Positions 11,809-23,329 of a stretch of DNA of 35,701 bases are shown one piece after another. The position numbers and the translations under genes were made by a program. The notes beneath the pieces are model-generated. The model saw nothing but the letters and a program-made list of their open reading frames with translations. It ran no database searches and was not told the origin of the DNA. Every line of letters starts with the position of its first letter. Positions within the stretch are counted from its first letter, which is position 1. The DNA comes from Octopus bimaculoides (taxonomy: Eukaryota), in contig NC_069001.1 in NCBI RefSeq assembly GCF_001194135.2, positions 4,671,410-4,707,110 of the forward strand, given 5' to 3'.

Positions 11809-12428
11809 CATACATGCACAGGTGTACATACATATACACAGATATTAGAAAATATAAAAATAGAAGTGAATTTAAAAAATATATGTATATACACACAAAT
11901 ATGTATGTATTTGGATGTATGTATATGTATATATATACATGTGTGTGTGTGTGTGTATGTATTTGTAGATGCTTATATATATAATCACACACATATTTTA
12001 GGCTTACAAAGATACTTAGCAGATCTGGACCTGCTGTCTCTGTAGAGATGGTCATTACATTCATACAAAAACATATGTTCAGTTTTTTTTCGTTTCCTTT
12101 TTTTTTTTTTGTGTTGTCTTATCTTAAAATTGTTCTTTGATGAACATAGCAAACTTTTACACAGGACTCATATCAACGTCTTCACCGGGCTTCTTTGTTA
12201 AGAGTTATACATACAAATGTACTCTAATTAGTTGCTATCCTTCAATTTGCCGAGTGCTTAATTGTATATTCATTAAGTCATCAATTAATAATTCATTAAC
12301 TGGTTGATTAATGAGGTGTACTGTTGGCATTCCTCTCCATTAACCAAATACTTGCATGAAGTGAAACTGAGGTGACAGCCTGGATTGGAAAGATTCCCAA
12401 TCATTATAAAAAAAAATTCAGTGATTTT

Positions 12429-13131
12429 TGTAAATACAAACTTGTTACCAGTTCAAATCTTCTTGAGGCATATTCAAACCTGTAAGAAATCTATTCATCG
12501 TATTTTACCATGGAGAAAATTTCTTGCTGTAGACAAACCAAGTCTGTTCACAGCACTCATTTACCAGACTAGGATGCATGCATTTCAGAGTGATTATTTC
12601 CTCTTCAGCAACAGGGATGAGTGAAGGCAGACATTGTGAACTGATACAAGACTGGACCCTCCCATGATATTTCTGTCATTGTTCAATGACTTGTTGTGTT
12701 ACTCTGTGGCTGGCTGTAAATAAAATACAGAATGACAGCCTTAAGCAGTGATATGTATAAATACAAATTTGTTAGCAATTCTATTCTTGAGACATATCCG
12801 AACCCATAAATAAAAAAAAATACATTCATTATACTTTGTCATGGAGATAATTTCTTGCTAGAGACGAACAGGTGTAAACAAACCAAGTCAGTTCACAGTG
12901 ACCCCTAACCAGACTCTGCAAACGGACATGAGAGACTGGTCCCTCTTATAGTATTCCCACCACCATTCAATGACTGGTTGTACTATTCAGTGGTGCTGAG
13001 AGCTCACTCATATTCACGTCCATTTGTCTACAGAGAGAAATTTTCTCCATCACAAAATACAGAGTTTGTCTTTCTTACAGGTTCAAAAATGCCTCAAGAA
13101 TATTTCAATTGGTAACAAGTTGACATTTACA
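12429..13131. mobile_element. Foldback/MITE-like element with ~110-bp terminal inverted repeats and an internal direct duplication
   Basis: 12429-12537 matches the reverse complement of 13023-13131 (aacttgttacca, ttcttgaggcat, aacctgtaagaaa, atggagaaaatttct, tgtagacaaa); 12757-12990 is a diverged direct copy of 12429-12690. Confidence 0.6.
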
Positions 13132-13137
13132 ATATGT

Positions 13138-13735
13138 TCATCCATTCATCCATCCACTACTTCTGGGATGATCTTTGGGGCAAAGTCCTGAGGCCCCCTC
13201 CTCCAAAGGATCCTATCTGGAGCAACCAGCCTTAGACTTTCCAGCTGGATTCTCAAGCACAACAAATTGAGACTATGGATGTTATCCAACCGTTTTGTTC
13301 TTGGTCTGTCCCTGCTGCATGACTCGGCTTGAAGAATCCATCTTGTGATTGCATATTTGTAGTACCAGAGGCATGACCACACGATGCAGAGAAGTAGTGG
13401 ATCAACCTGAAGGAACTGCATGCTTTCAAAGCTATGAACCCTGTCGAGAAATGTTACTTCAGAAACCCTTCGGAGGAACCCTATGTCGGTCACATGTATT
13501 CCTTCAGTCATTAGCATCATTCACGACAATATGTGAGGGGGGGGGGCATGGAAACTGATCTGAAGCTAGTGAGTTACGCTCTCTTTGCAAACCTCTCCTC
13601 TTCTGAGGATCGAATGCAGAAGCAGGCACAATACTGTCCCAGCATCTGCAATTCTAGCATCTAATTCTGCATCCTGCTTTCAATCACTTGTGAATACAGA
13701 CTTTAAACTTCTCCACTTGTCTCAGTGATGTCTTT
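13138..13735 (-). mobile_element. 5'-truncated RTE-clade LINE (RT C-terminus and GGAT-type tail)
   Basis: Minus-strand peptides QVEKFK, QDAELDARIADAG, RRVSEVTFLDRVHS, QVDPLLL, RDRPRTKRLDNI, DRILWRR fit the C-terminal part of RTE ORFs; short (GGAT)-like tail at 13138-13155. Confidence 0.8.
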
Positions 13736-15230
13736 ATATATATATATATATATGTGTATGTGTGTGTGTGTAGTTAGAAAATCTCTATAAGAGATGAAAG
13801 TAGTAACTTCAATACGGCTGTTCTGTATGAACTGACATTACTACCATTTTTTTAACCCCAAGCAGATGCCTCCTCTAACTGGTTATTGATGCAGTCTGCA
13901 CACAATATATATTGAAAGCAAGGAAACGAACCCCTACCATCTTCTAGAGACTTGATAGATGGATAGATAAATAGATAGATAGAGAGATGCATGTTTGTGT
14001 ATAATTGATGTGTATATGTATGTTTGTATGCATCAGTATCCCAAGATGCAGAGCAATGTTTTACACATAGATATTTGAAATTTTCCCAAGTGTCACATCG
14101 TCAAGGATTAAGTCATACACTACGTCGCTTTTCTAATATTTTCTATAATCAAAAGTATTGGCAGGCACTGATATATATATACACATATATAGACATTTAT
14201 GCATCATATTCAATGTATGCACACTATCAATTGACCACTTATGGCAGTATTTATCCCTGAGATAACATGTCTTATGCTCTTGCTGCCTTCAGAACACAAA
14301 TATCGGTGAGAGACAAGAAGTCTGTCCCAGAAGTGACCAGCAAGAACACCAGATAAGTTTTTTCAATGGTGTATACTCACAGCTTGTCATATACTTGTTT
14401 GAGAACTTTCATTTCCAATATATGTGGTTCTGTGTGTGTGTGGNNNNNNNNNNGCAGAAGTGCTAAGTGATTTTCACAACACTCCTACTTCTATATTCAA
14501 TTAATTGTAAAACAGATCACATTTTAAATTATAACATTTCAATACATGAAAACAGAAAAGAAAAAAAAGATAAAAAGTGGGGGTAAAGCAGCCGAAGATG
14601 AAGGGGAAAAGGCGATGGGCCACAGCCGCCCAGAACAAATGGTGTGATCAGCCACATCCCACAGTAATGATGTCAATGGCATTGCTGTGGAGAAGGACCA
14701 GTGATACTTGCTGCAGTAACCCCTCCACCTCGAGGGGCTCATTTCTCAGATGGATCGCCATCATCCCAATTTTTAACTGAGAAAAATCAATGGAATGGGG
14801 TTCAAGAACACTTCTGTTGTTCTGAAGATATTCAATATCCATTATATCCGTATAAGTTAGGCAACACAGAGATACCGTTGTGCTCTTAATTAGTTCACAC
14901 CTAATAATGTCAAGACTTCCATAGTCTCTATTTTGTAATACAGGCTACCATACTTGTCTCTTGCATAGTCTGTACCTAGTAATAAAAGATAACAATATCC
15001 TTATTGCATAGTTGTAGATGACTTTTTAAAAGTTGCCCCCAAAATATACGAGTTGTCTTGGAGGAACAATCAATGCATTCAATAATATCTATTTCTAAAA
15101 ACATCAAAGATTATCAAATATGCCTCCAACAATATATTATATACACACATACATACATATACATATACATATATANNNNNNNNNNNNNNNNNNNNNNNNN
15201 NNNNNNNNNNNNNNNNNNNNNNNNTATAAT

Positions 15231-15467
15231 ATATATGTTATAATTTAGAATAAACAGTAAAAAGTTGTCATTATAGTACTCGAAGTTTCGAATGTCGGAG
15301 CGAAGAGCTACAATGCATTCTTGTCGGCTATTAATGGCAACACATGGTAGGAAAAAAACCCCAAAAACTGTTGAATAAAAAGGAAGTTACTCTAATAGGT
15401 AGAAAAAGAAACTCCAAGTACTATAATGACAAACTTTTTACTGTTTGTTCTAAATTATAACATATAT
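15231..15467. mobile_element. Inverted-repeat element (~59-bp arms) with a decayed hammerhead motif; probable Penelope-like remnant, alternatively a MITE
   Basis: 15231-15289 matches the reverse complement of 15408-15467 with about 4 differences; TA-rich flanks; hammerhead-like fold on the minus strand at 15331-15273. Confidence 0.6.
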
Positions 15468-15671
15468 AAATAATCCTCTATTTATCTAAAATCGAGGTCT
15501 CATTCTTTTGGTGTCACTTTTTAACTGTAAGATTTTGTCCCTTCTTCGGTCACTAGATGTCCTTTTGAATTTGAAATTTTAATTGTTGATATGACATAGT
15601 GTGTCATATGTGCTTGTATATTGTCTTTATTGTCCTTTTGGTTGAAAAATAAACAGATTAATTAACAGAGT

Positions 15672-16152
15672 ACAGTGTCTGCAAGTTGATGAGTACCTCA
15701 TATTCCCCTCCTTTTTCTTATTGCTATATATATATATATCATCATCGTCATTTAATGTCCGCCTTCCATGCTGGTATGGGTGACACATACACATATATAT
15801 ATACACATATCTATCTAAATATTAATATATATAAACATATATATATATACAAACACACATATACAAACACACATATACACATACTCACATAGACAATTCA
15901 AAAGTAAATATACACCCCCTCATTACCCCTCTTTTTCCATCTGTGTGGACACTACCTAGTGCTTCAAACTTGTTAATGCATTATTGTTTTTCATTTCAGA
16001 TATTAATATATTAATTGTTTATAGCAACTAGCCAAAGCTTCAAACAAGAGCAGTCTGATTTTCAAAAAGGGCATATTGTAGTTCAATCTGAGGGTGGACT
16101 TTGCCAGCATAACATTGCACAAAACCTTGGGATTCCTCTTGTCACAGGCTGA
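15672..16152 (+). mobile_element. Tc1-like transposon 5' remnant, interrupted by a SINE B tail (15740-15782, minus) and a microsatellite
   Basis: TA+CAGTG terminus at 15670. Peptide from 16021 ...[31 protein letters not shown] resembles the Tc1 N-terminal HTH (LSDFERGQIV....G.S.R.IA..LG.P). Confidence 0.6.
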
Positions 16153-16482
16153 ACTACAAAATAGGCAAAATCTTTATATCTTAACCAATGGCAGATGGGA
16201 GCCTTCATCAGGCTCCTGGTTCCCTTGATACAAATAAACACATGTAAGGAATCAGGGATACATTTACGTTCATGAAATGTTGAGTACTGCAAATCTCAGT
16301 GATAAATTTTTAATGTGTGTGTGTGTATGTATGTATGTGTGTGTGTGTGTATGTATGTGTGTGTGTGTGTGTTTGTGCATGCGTGTGTGTGTACAGTGGA
16401 ATTATATATAATGGTGATAACGGTGTACCTATTCAAAAGACTAGACGTCTATAGTTTAAATGAAGGACTCATTACAAAATTA

Positions 16483-16603
16483 TTTCTACTCTAGGCACAA
16501 GGCCTCGAAAACTTTTGGGGAAAGGGGATAGTTGATTACATCGACCCCAGTGTGTAACTGGTACTTATTTCATCGATCCCTCCCCCCCAAAAGATGAAAG
16601 GCA
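16483..16603 (-). mobile_element. SINE family C, 5'-truncated
   Basis: ggcacaaggcct...gattacatcgaccccagt...ctggtacttattt...gatgaaaggca. Confidence 0.75.
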
Positions 16604-16659
16604 TGATCCTCATCATCAAAACTTTCATCACCATCATAACAGAAATAGCGGACATGTAG

Positions 16660-16800
16660 CAGAGGTAATATGACCTTCATCATCATCATCATTGTCATCA
16701 ACATCATCACTGTCATCATCATCATAATCATCCTCAACGTCATCTTTATGACCATCATCATCATCATCATCATCATCATTAAGACACATCACCATCATAA
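16660..16800. repeat. (CAT)n microsatellite
   Basis: Direct reading. Confidence 0.9.
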
Positions 16801-17478
16801 CCGTCTTTATAACAAACATTTATTTTTTTCTTTTTATACGAGGCTTCAGATTTTCCCTGGATTTGATCCTAAAAACCTTCATCTCGAGTCTCTCTTGGCC
16901 CATAACTATGTCTTGTATCCTCTGCAATCACAATGGTTTAGAGACCCTGGGAAAAATGACACGAAACGTTGTCGTCATCACTGAGGTAGCTTGGCGTGTA
17001 TGTTTGCGTATAAGTGTATGTGTGCTTGTGTATTTGCACGCAAACATGTGTATGTCTGCATGTGTGTGTGTGTGAGTTGCTGCAGCATGATCACATTGTC
17101 CACATAATGGTCAAAGGGATTGGCTATATGAAACAGTGGACAACCGGGGTAACAGACAAGAATGTAAACAAGTGAGAGTGAGAACAAGAATGGGAAAGTT
17201 CACATCAACTTGTGATGTTTTGCTGAACTGAATGTCTTTGGTATCAAAAGATTATTCGTGACTCATACCCAGTCAGAAATAATGGATCTGAAAGCATGAT
17301 GGGGGTATTAAAAGACATACACAAGGTCACTGGCAAAAATGGCTGAATATTCCAGTGGGAGAAAAATGACCACAAAAATACACCAGTTTGTAAGTACAGC
17401 CTCAACATAAATAAAAAGAAAGAAAGGAAGAACAAGCACATGCAAAGTTCTGGAAATACAGACATATATATATATATG

Positions 17479-17518
<40 letters not shown>

Positions 17519-17694
17519 GAGAGAGAGAGAGCGAGAGAGAGAGAGAGCGAGAGAGAGAGAGAGGGGGAGAAATATGTTCAGTACAAGTTCAAAATAAACA
17601 GTTGCAAATGAAATTAGAAAGTACATACATTTAAAAACATAGGATTGGACAAAAACAGCCACAGACCCAGGCAGACTGTTACAAACATGGATAG

Positions 17695-18330
17695 TCATAG
17701 AGTCATAGAGTCACAAACTCTAACAGTCATAAACTCAGGCAATGGAGACTCCCATAGTCACTGACTTAACCAGTCAGAGTCTCAGAGAGTCACAAACTCT
17801 AATAGTCATAGACTCAGGCAGAGACACACAGTTTCTGATTTAACCAGTCAGAGACTCAGACAACCAGACTGTCACAGACTCAGACAGTAGACACTGAACC
17901 AGGGAGTCACAAACTCTCATACTCAGGCAATCGAAGACTCACACAGTTGCTGACTTAACTAGCCAGGGACTCAGACAATCTCAGACTCAGACAAACAGAT
18001 AGCCACAAACCCAGACAGTAGACACAGATGCAGACAGACACAAATAGTCACAGACTCAGACAAACAACACTTACAGACCCAGAGTCACAGATTCAGATAG
18101 TCAAGACTTACAGTTATAGATTCAAAGAGTCACTAATTCAGACAGTCACAAATTCACAGAGCCATAGACTCAGACACTGACAAGACTTAACCAGCCACAA
18201 ACTCATACAGCTACAGATTATCACAAATTAAGACAGTCGCAGACTCAGACAGTCACAGACTCAAACAGTCATAGACTCGGACAAAGACTCAGACAGACAC
18301 AGACAGCTATTGACTCAGACACATACAGTG
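17695..18330. repeat. Degenerate minisatellite (~16-bp GACTCAGACAGTCACA unit) with higher-order blocks
   Basis: Recurrent cagactcagac/agtcacag; agtcacaaactct restarts at 17709, 17788 and 17905. Confidence 0.8.
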
Positions 18331-18526
18331 ACACATACCAAAGAAATGCAGTAAAAAAATCACAAAAAAAAAATAAAAACTGCTAAAAGTCATATAATTA
18401 GATAAAACTGTTAAACTTTATAATAAAAAGTGGAGAGACATATATACACATATATACATATATACACACATATATACATATATATATATATATAGATACA
18501 CACATACATATATATANNNNNNNNNN

Positions 18527-18566
<40 letters not shown>

Positions 18567-18855
18567 CATGTATGTATAACAGAATTAGTAATATTATATT
18601 ATATATAGTGTGATATCAAAAAGTGATGTAATAATAGAGTTTTGAATATCATTAGACAAGATAATATTGCAGTGGAAACATGAAATAATTGTTCTCTGTA
18701 CATTTTAGATTTCTTTTTTTTTTAATTATTTTCTCTGTTGTCTTTTTGTTTTGTTTTTCTTTTTTTTTTCTTTCTCTCTCTTTTTTTTTATTTATTTATT
18801 TATTTTTTTCCGATCCGATTCCGAGATTAAAAAATAGCCAGTTTTTTACACCCGT

Positions 18856-19061
18856 AGCAGCAGCAACAGTAGCAGCAGCAGCAGTAGTAGTAGTATTAGT
18901 ATTAGTAGAAGTAGTAGTAGAAATAGCAGAAGTGGTAGTGGTGGTGGTAGTAGTAGTAGAAGTAGTAGTAGTAAAAAATAGCAGTAGTTGTAGTAGAAGT
19001 AGTAGTTGTATTAGTGTATCAACTTTTGCAGTAATTGTAGTGTTGTTCTTAGTGGTGGTAA

Positions 19062-19095
<34 letters not shown>

Positions 19096-19100
19096 TATAG
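18856..19100. repeat. (TAG/CAG/TGG)n compound trinucleotide tract; a similar tract lies at ~19790-20020
   Basis: Direct reading; source of the poly-V and poly-T ORFs. Confidence 0.9.
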
Positions 19101-19235
19101 CAGCAGCATTTATAGAAGTAGTGGTATCGACTTTATAATTATTTTTATTATTATTATTTGTATTGTTTGTATTGTCTCCCCTCTCATTCTTTCCCCTGGT
19201 GGCAAATACAAGAATCATTTTTACTATTATTGTTA

Positions 19236-19270
<35 letters not shown>

Positions 19271-19579
19271 TGTAGTGTTTGTACTGTCCCCTCTCATCCT
19301 TTACCCGGGTAGCAAATAGATGAAATCATTTGCTACCAGGGCATCATCATCATCATCATCATCATCATTATTATTGCTAGTAGTAGTAGTAGTAGTAGTA
19401 GTGGTAGTTTATAATAATAAAAAAAAAGCAATTGTGCTGCTCTTCTTTTCTTTTTTGTCCTTTTCTTGTTTTATTTTTGTTTTGTAATATTTTTTCACTT
19501 TTTTTTTTTTCATAAACTGGAAGAAATCCGCCAGTTTTTGATTTCATATATACATACATACGAACATACATACATACAT

Positions 19580-19636
<57 letters not shown>

Positions 19637-19674
19637 ATACACACACACATGTACATGTATATATAATTATACAT

Positions 19675-19726
<52 letters not shown>

Positions 19727-19884
19727 NNNNNNNNNNNNNNNNNNNNNNNNNNNNNNNNNNNNNNNNNNNNNNNNNNNNNNNNNNNNTGTAGTTGCTGACA
19801 TAGTAGGAATAGTAGTTAGTTGTAGTTACTGATGTGGTAGTAGTGAAAGTAGTTATTACTGTTATTGTAGTCGCTGGTGTAGTG

Positions 19885-19943
<59 letters not shown>

Positions 19944-20298
19944 TGTAGTTTCTGATGTAGTTGTACTAGTAGTAGTAGTAGTAGTGGTTGTTGTTGTAGT
20001 TGCTGTCGTTGTAGATGTAAGTGTTGCAATGTCCAACAAGAAATAAAAATGGACAGAATTTAGCCACAAATTAATGTATTTATTATTATTATTATTATCA
20101 TTATCATCATCATTATTATTATTTTTTTTTTTGTGGTTTTATTTAACTTTCCGTTATTATATTTTTTTAANNNNNNNNNNAAAAAAAAAAAAAAAAAAAA
20201 ACTGATAATTGTGCTCATTAAGAATTTACATATATATATATGTTCCGCTGTTTGGGTGGATATTCCTTAAGCATTTGCTGTCGTAGCCGTTATCATCT

Positions 20299-20344
<46 letters not shown>

Positions 20345-20350
20345 GGTTGT

Positions 20351-20360
20351 TTTATTTATT
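20351..20360 (-). other. Possible polyadenylation signal (overlapping AATAAA pair) about 130 nt after the stop
   Basis: Plus-strand tttatttatt. The region is very AT-rich, so chance occurrence is likely. Confidence 0.2.
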
Positions 20361-20491
20361 TTTGAAACTTTTTTTTTGAATATATTTTTTTTCACCGATT
20401 TGATTATATGTATTTTTTTCCGTTTTCTTTTTAATTAATTTTTTGTTTTTTTGTTTCGTTTGTTAATTTCTTTGTTTTCTTGATGTATTCT

Positions 20492-20712
20492 TCAAACAAC
20501 CGTTTCCATCTGAGACAAAACCTTGCGTTTGATTAACTTCGATGTGGAAGGTTCTTGCTGTTGGGTTTTGTTCTGGGTCTCCTTTTTCTGTTTTGTGAGA
20601 ACCCAGCTGCGTAAATAAGGAGTCGGTATGAGTATCAGGCCTGACAGAATGACAAACGCTCCGGAGGCGTAAAAGCTGTAATCATAACTCCCGTAGGTAT
20701 CGCATAAAAAAC
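20492..20712 (-). CDS. SLC16-family protein, last coding exon (TM12 and C-tail, (G)FLCDTYGSYDYSFYASGAFVILSG...ETVV*)
   Basis: Long polypyrimidine tract and AG at 20714-20713. Phase 1 matches the donor (G+GT = Gly). D-x-x-G-x-Y-x-x-x-F motif of the MCT TM11-12 loop. TGA at 20494-20492. Spliced CDS 1774+221 = 1995 nt = 664 aa plus stop. Confidence 0.92.
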
Positions 20713-20899
20713 CTAAAAAGAAAAAGAAAAAAGAAAAGAAAAAATTTATAAAGAAAAAAAAAACACACTGGAAGAAGAGAAAACAAGAATTATAATACTG
20801 GTACAACACTGATGTTTTTCTGGAATCTTTGGTTCCAAAGCCATGGTAGATCACCAATTTTTCTGAAACAAGGATGTTCACATTCAATATTAAACAATA

Positions 20900-21464
20900 G
20901 GCACAGGCATGGCTGTGTGGTAAGAAGCTTGCTTCCCAACCACATGGTTCTGGGTTCAATCCCACTGCATAGCACCTTGGTCAAGTGTCTTCGACTTTAG
21001 CCTTAGGCCGACCAAAGCCTTGTGAGTGGATTTGGTAGACAAAAACTGAAAGAAGCCCATNNNNNNNNNNNNNNNNNNNNNNNNNNNNNNNNNNNNNNNN
21101 NNNTATATATATATATATGGGAGAATATACAAAAAATAACAACAGACGAGGACAGGTGGTGTAAATAACAAAAGTATATATTAGTATGACGCTCGGGAAT
21201 ACGGAAAGTCTTTGACGTATATACAAATATATATATATTTGTATGTATATATATATACACATATAAACGTATATATTTGTGTGTGTGCGTATATGTTTGT
21301 TCCCCTGCCATCACTTGACAATCGATGTTGGTGTGTTTATGTCTCCGTAACGTAGTGGTTCAGCTAAAGAGACTGATAGAATAAGTACTAGGCTTACACC
21401 TTTTGAGGCGGTGCTCCAGCATGGCTGCAGTCAAATGACTGAAACAAGTAAAAGACAGTAAAAG
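20900..21464 (+). mobile_element. SINE family A, near full length and intronic, with a central microsatellite carrying a foreign insert
   Basis: ggcacaggcatggctgtgtggtaagaag (A-box), ggttcaatccc (B-box), accttggtcaagtg (CORE-like), tail ggcggtgctccagcatggc...gaaacaagtaaaaga. Confidence 0.85.
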
Positions 21465-21480
21465 AACAAAATATTGGATT

Positions 21481-21905
21481 TTTGAAATCTTGACACCAGG
21501 TCAGCAATTTCCCAGCAGCAGGTAAGTTGATTACATCGACCCCAATATTCAACTGATACTTATTTTATTGGCCCCAGAAAGGATGAAAGGCAAAGTAGAC
21601 CTGGGCAGAATTTGAACTCCGAACATGAAGACTGATGGAATGTCACTTGGCATTTTGCTTGGCATGCTATCAATTCTGCCAGTTGGCCATCTTGTTTCAA
21701 ATTTTGGCAGAAGGCTAGCAATTTTGTGGAAGGAGTTATGTCAGTTATATTGACCCCAGTGTTCAATTGGTACCTATTTTATTGACCCCGAAAGGATGAA
21801 AGGCAAAGCAGACCTCGGCGGAATTTGAACTCAGAATATAAAGACAGATGAAATGCCTCTAAGCATATTGCATGGTGCAGTAACGATTCTGCCAGCTCAC
21901 GGTCT
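21481..21905 (-). mobile_element. Two head-to-tail family C SINEs (21481-21692 and 21694-21905)
   Basis: Each has gaccccag/a...aaaggatgaa...gcaaag.agacct.ggc.gaatttgaactc...aattctgccag. Confidence 0.8.
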
Positions 21906-22773
21906 TATGGAAGTATAATATTATGAACAGAAACCATCAAATAAAACACACTTGTGGCACATTGTTTGTAAAGACAAGATGAAGTTGTACATCAGTTATT
22001 ACAATGGGAAACGGGTTTTGTGGTGAAAGACGAAGAGACTAAACTTGAGAAAGGGAAATATTGTTTCGGAGATGACAGAGAACAAGGAAGTGTGAATATG
22101 TTGGTCAGTCAGATCCAATTACTCTCGGCATGACAAGAGAGATTTATAACCAACAGCTGTGTAATGACTGAACAAGGCCAAATTGAATAAGATATTCATG
22201 TAGCCATGTGTGTGTGTATTGAACTGAGGGTGTGTGCAAGTAGCTGAAAGAAGAACTAGAAGTATGGAAGGATAGCAGCAACAGAATACACTACAGGTCT
22301 ATGATAAAAGATTACATTTTTTTCTTATACTACATACATTTATTAGGACATATTAAACATCCCTATACATCCTCTTTCTATCTCTACAAGGAAAACTAAA
22401 GTACAAACCAAAATTGCATTTAATAGAAAGAAATTAGTGGCATTCTAAGGCAGGATTTGTTTTATCTTTATTAATCCACTTAAAATTTCTCATAAAAATA
22501 AACTCCACATTTTTCAATGCACCAAACTCAAAATGTTTTCTTTGTGGGTTTTTTTCTTGTAACAAGTTGTCTTAATGTTGGCATTTTATGAGTGGTATTA
22601 AAGGAAAATTAAAACAAATTGGTACAAATATACAAATGAATATATATGTCAGGAATGGCAAGTGTATGAATTAATACAAAAACTGCTGAGTGGTGAACTA
22701 GTTTGAAGTCTGCAAGATTCAGAACTAACCAGACATACATTGTGTACCACTGTTGTGTGAGGTTATGAAAACA

Positions 22774-22862
22774 GAAGAAAATGTAACATTAGAAACTAAA
22801 TTAGAAGTGTTATGGAGATTCAACGATGGATAGAGTGCTTTTGATATTAGAAGAGCCTAATG
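22774..22862 (+). mobile_element. Tigger/pogo N-terminal (psq-type HTH) remnant
   Basis: Translation EENVTLETKLEVLWRFNDG*SAFDIRRA resembles ITLE.KLEV..R...G....DI.R. Confidence 0.55.
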
Positions 22863-23094
22863 GCATATGGTGGTAGTTGTATTGGGTGTGCTACCACACC
22901 CAATGGCACCAAATTTCAAGCATGGGTTTAACAAAAGTTTTCCATTAAGATTCCATGATGTGATAATTTAGTTTAGAAAGACATTGTCGGGTAGGTGTTA
23001 GAGGCTGGATCCAGTCAATTTGAATATAAAGCTTATGCATACGCTTGTACTTTGAGTAGGCCTATATGTTATAACTGGTTTATATTAAAGAATA

Positions 23095-23216
23095 AGGACA
23101 TTGTGAGTTGGAATCAGAATCGGTACAGTTTTACCGACTCTGACTCCGACTCTAGCTATCCCTTGTTTTTGACTCCAACTCTATTCCACAACTCCAGCTC
23201 TGACTCCACAGCCCTG
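23095..23216. mobile_element. Small MITE-like element with a CAGGGCTGTGGAGTC-type terminus and (GACTCC)n core
   Basis: Right end gactccacagccctg; decayed left end ggaatcagaatcggtac; repeated gactct/gactcc units. Confidence 0.45.
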
Positions 23217-23329
23217 GTAATTATACCCTACAGTTGTTACATGATGAAAGGAGATATGTTAGATAATGTGACCCTAGACAAAAACTCTTAAAAAGACATG
23301 AGTGTCATGGGTGGAATTCCTGTGATCCT

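Noticed and set aside
14577-14889. GC-richer unique stretch with short ORFs on both strands
   Set aside because: No recognisable protein motif or convincing splice-site pair. A translated homology search would decide between exon and old transposon.
16195-16216. Minus-strand CTGATGAAGGC inside a ggagcc/ggctcc hairpin (also CTGATGA at 4033-4039 minus and 25136 plus)
   Set aside because: No GAAA at a suitable distance; a simple hairpin or chance heptamer.
20713-20965. N-terminal part of the 157-aa ORF 20492-20965
   Set aside because: Intron: antisense SINE head plus polypyrimidine tract. Only 20712-20492 is exon.
20900-20990. tRNA-like A and B boxes here and in other SINE heads
   Set aside because: No complete cloverleaf and they continue into SINE bodies, so they are not tRNA genes.
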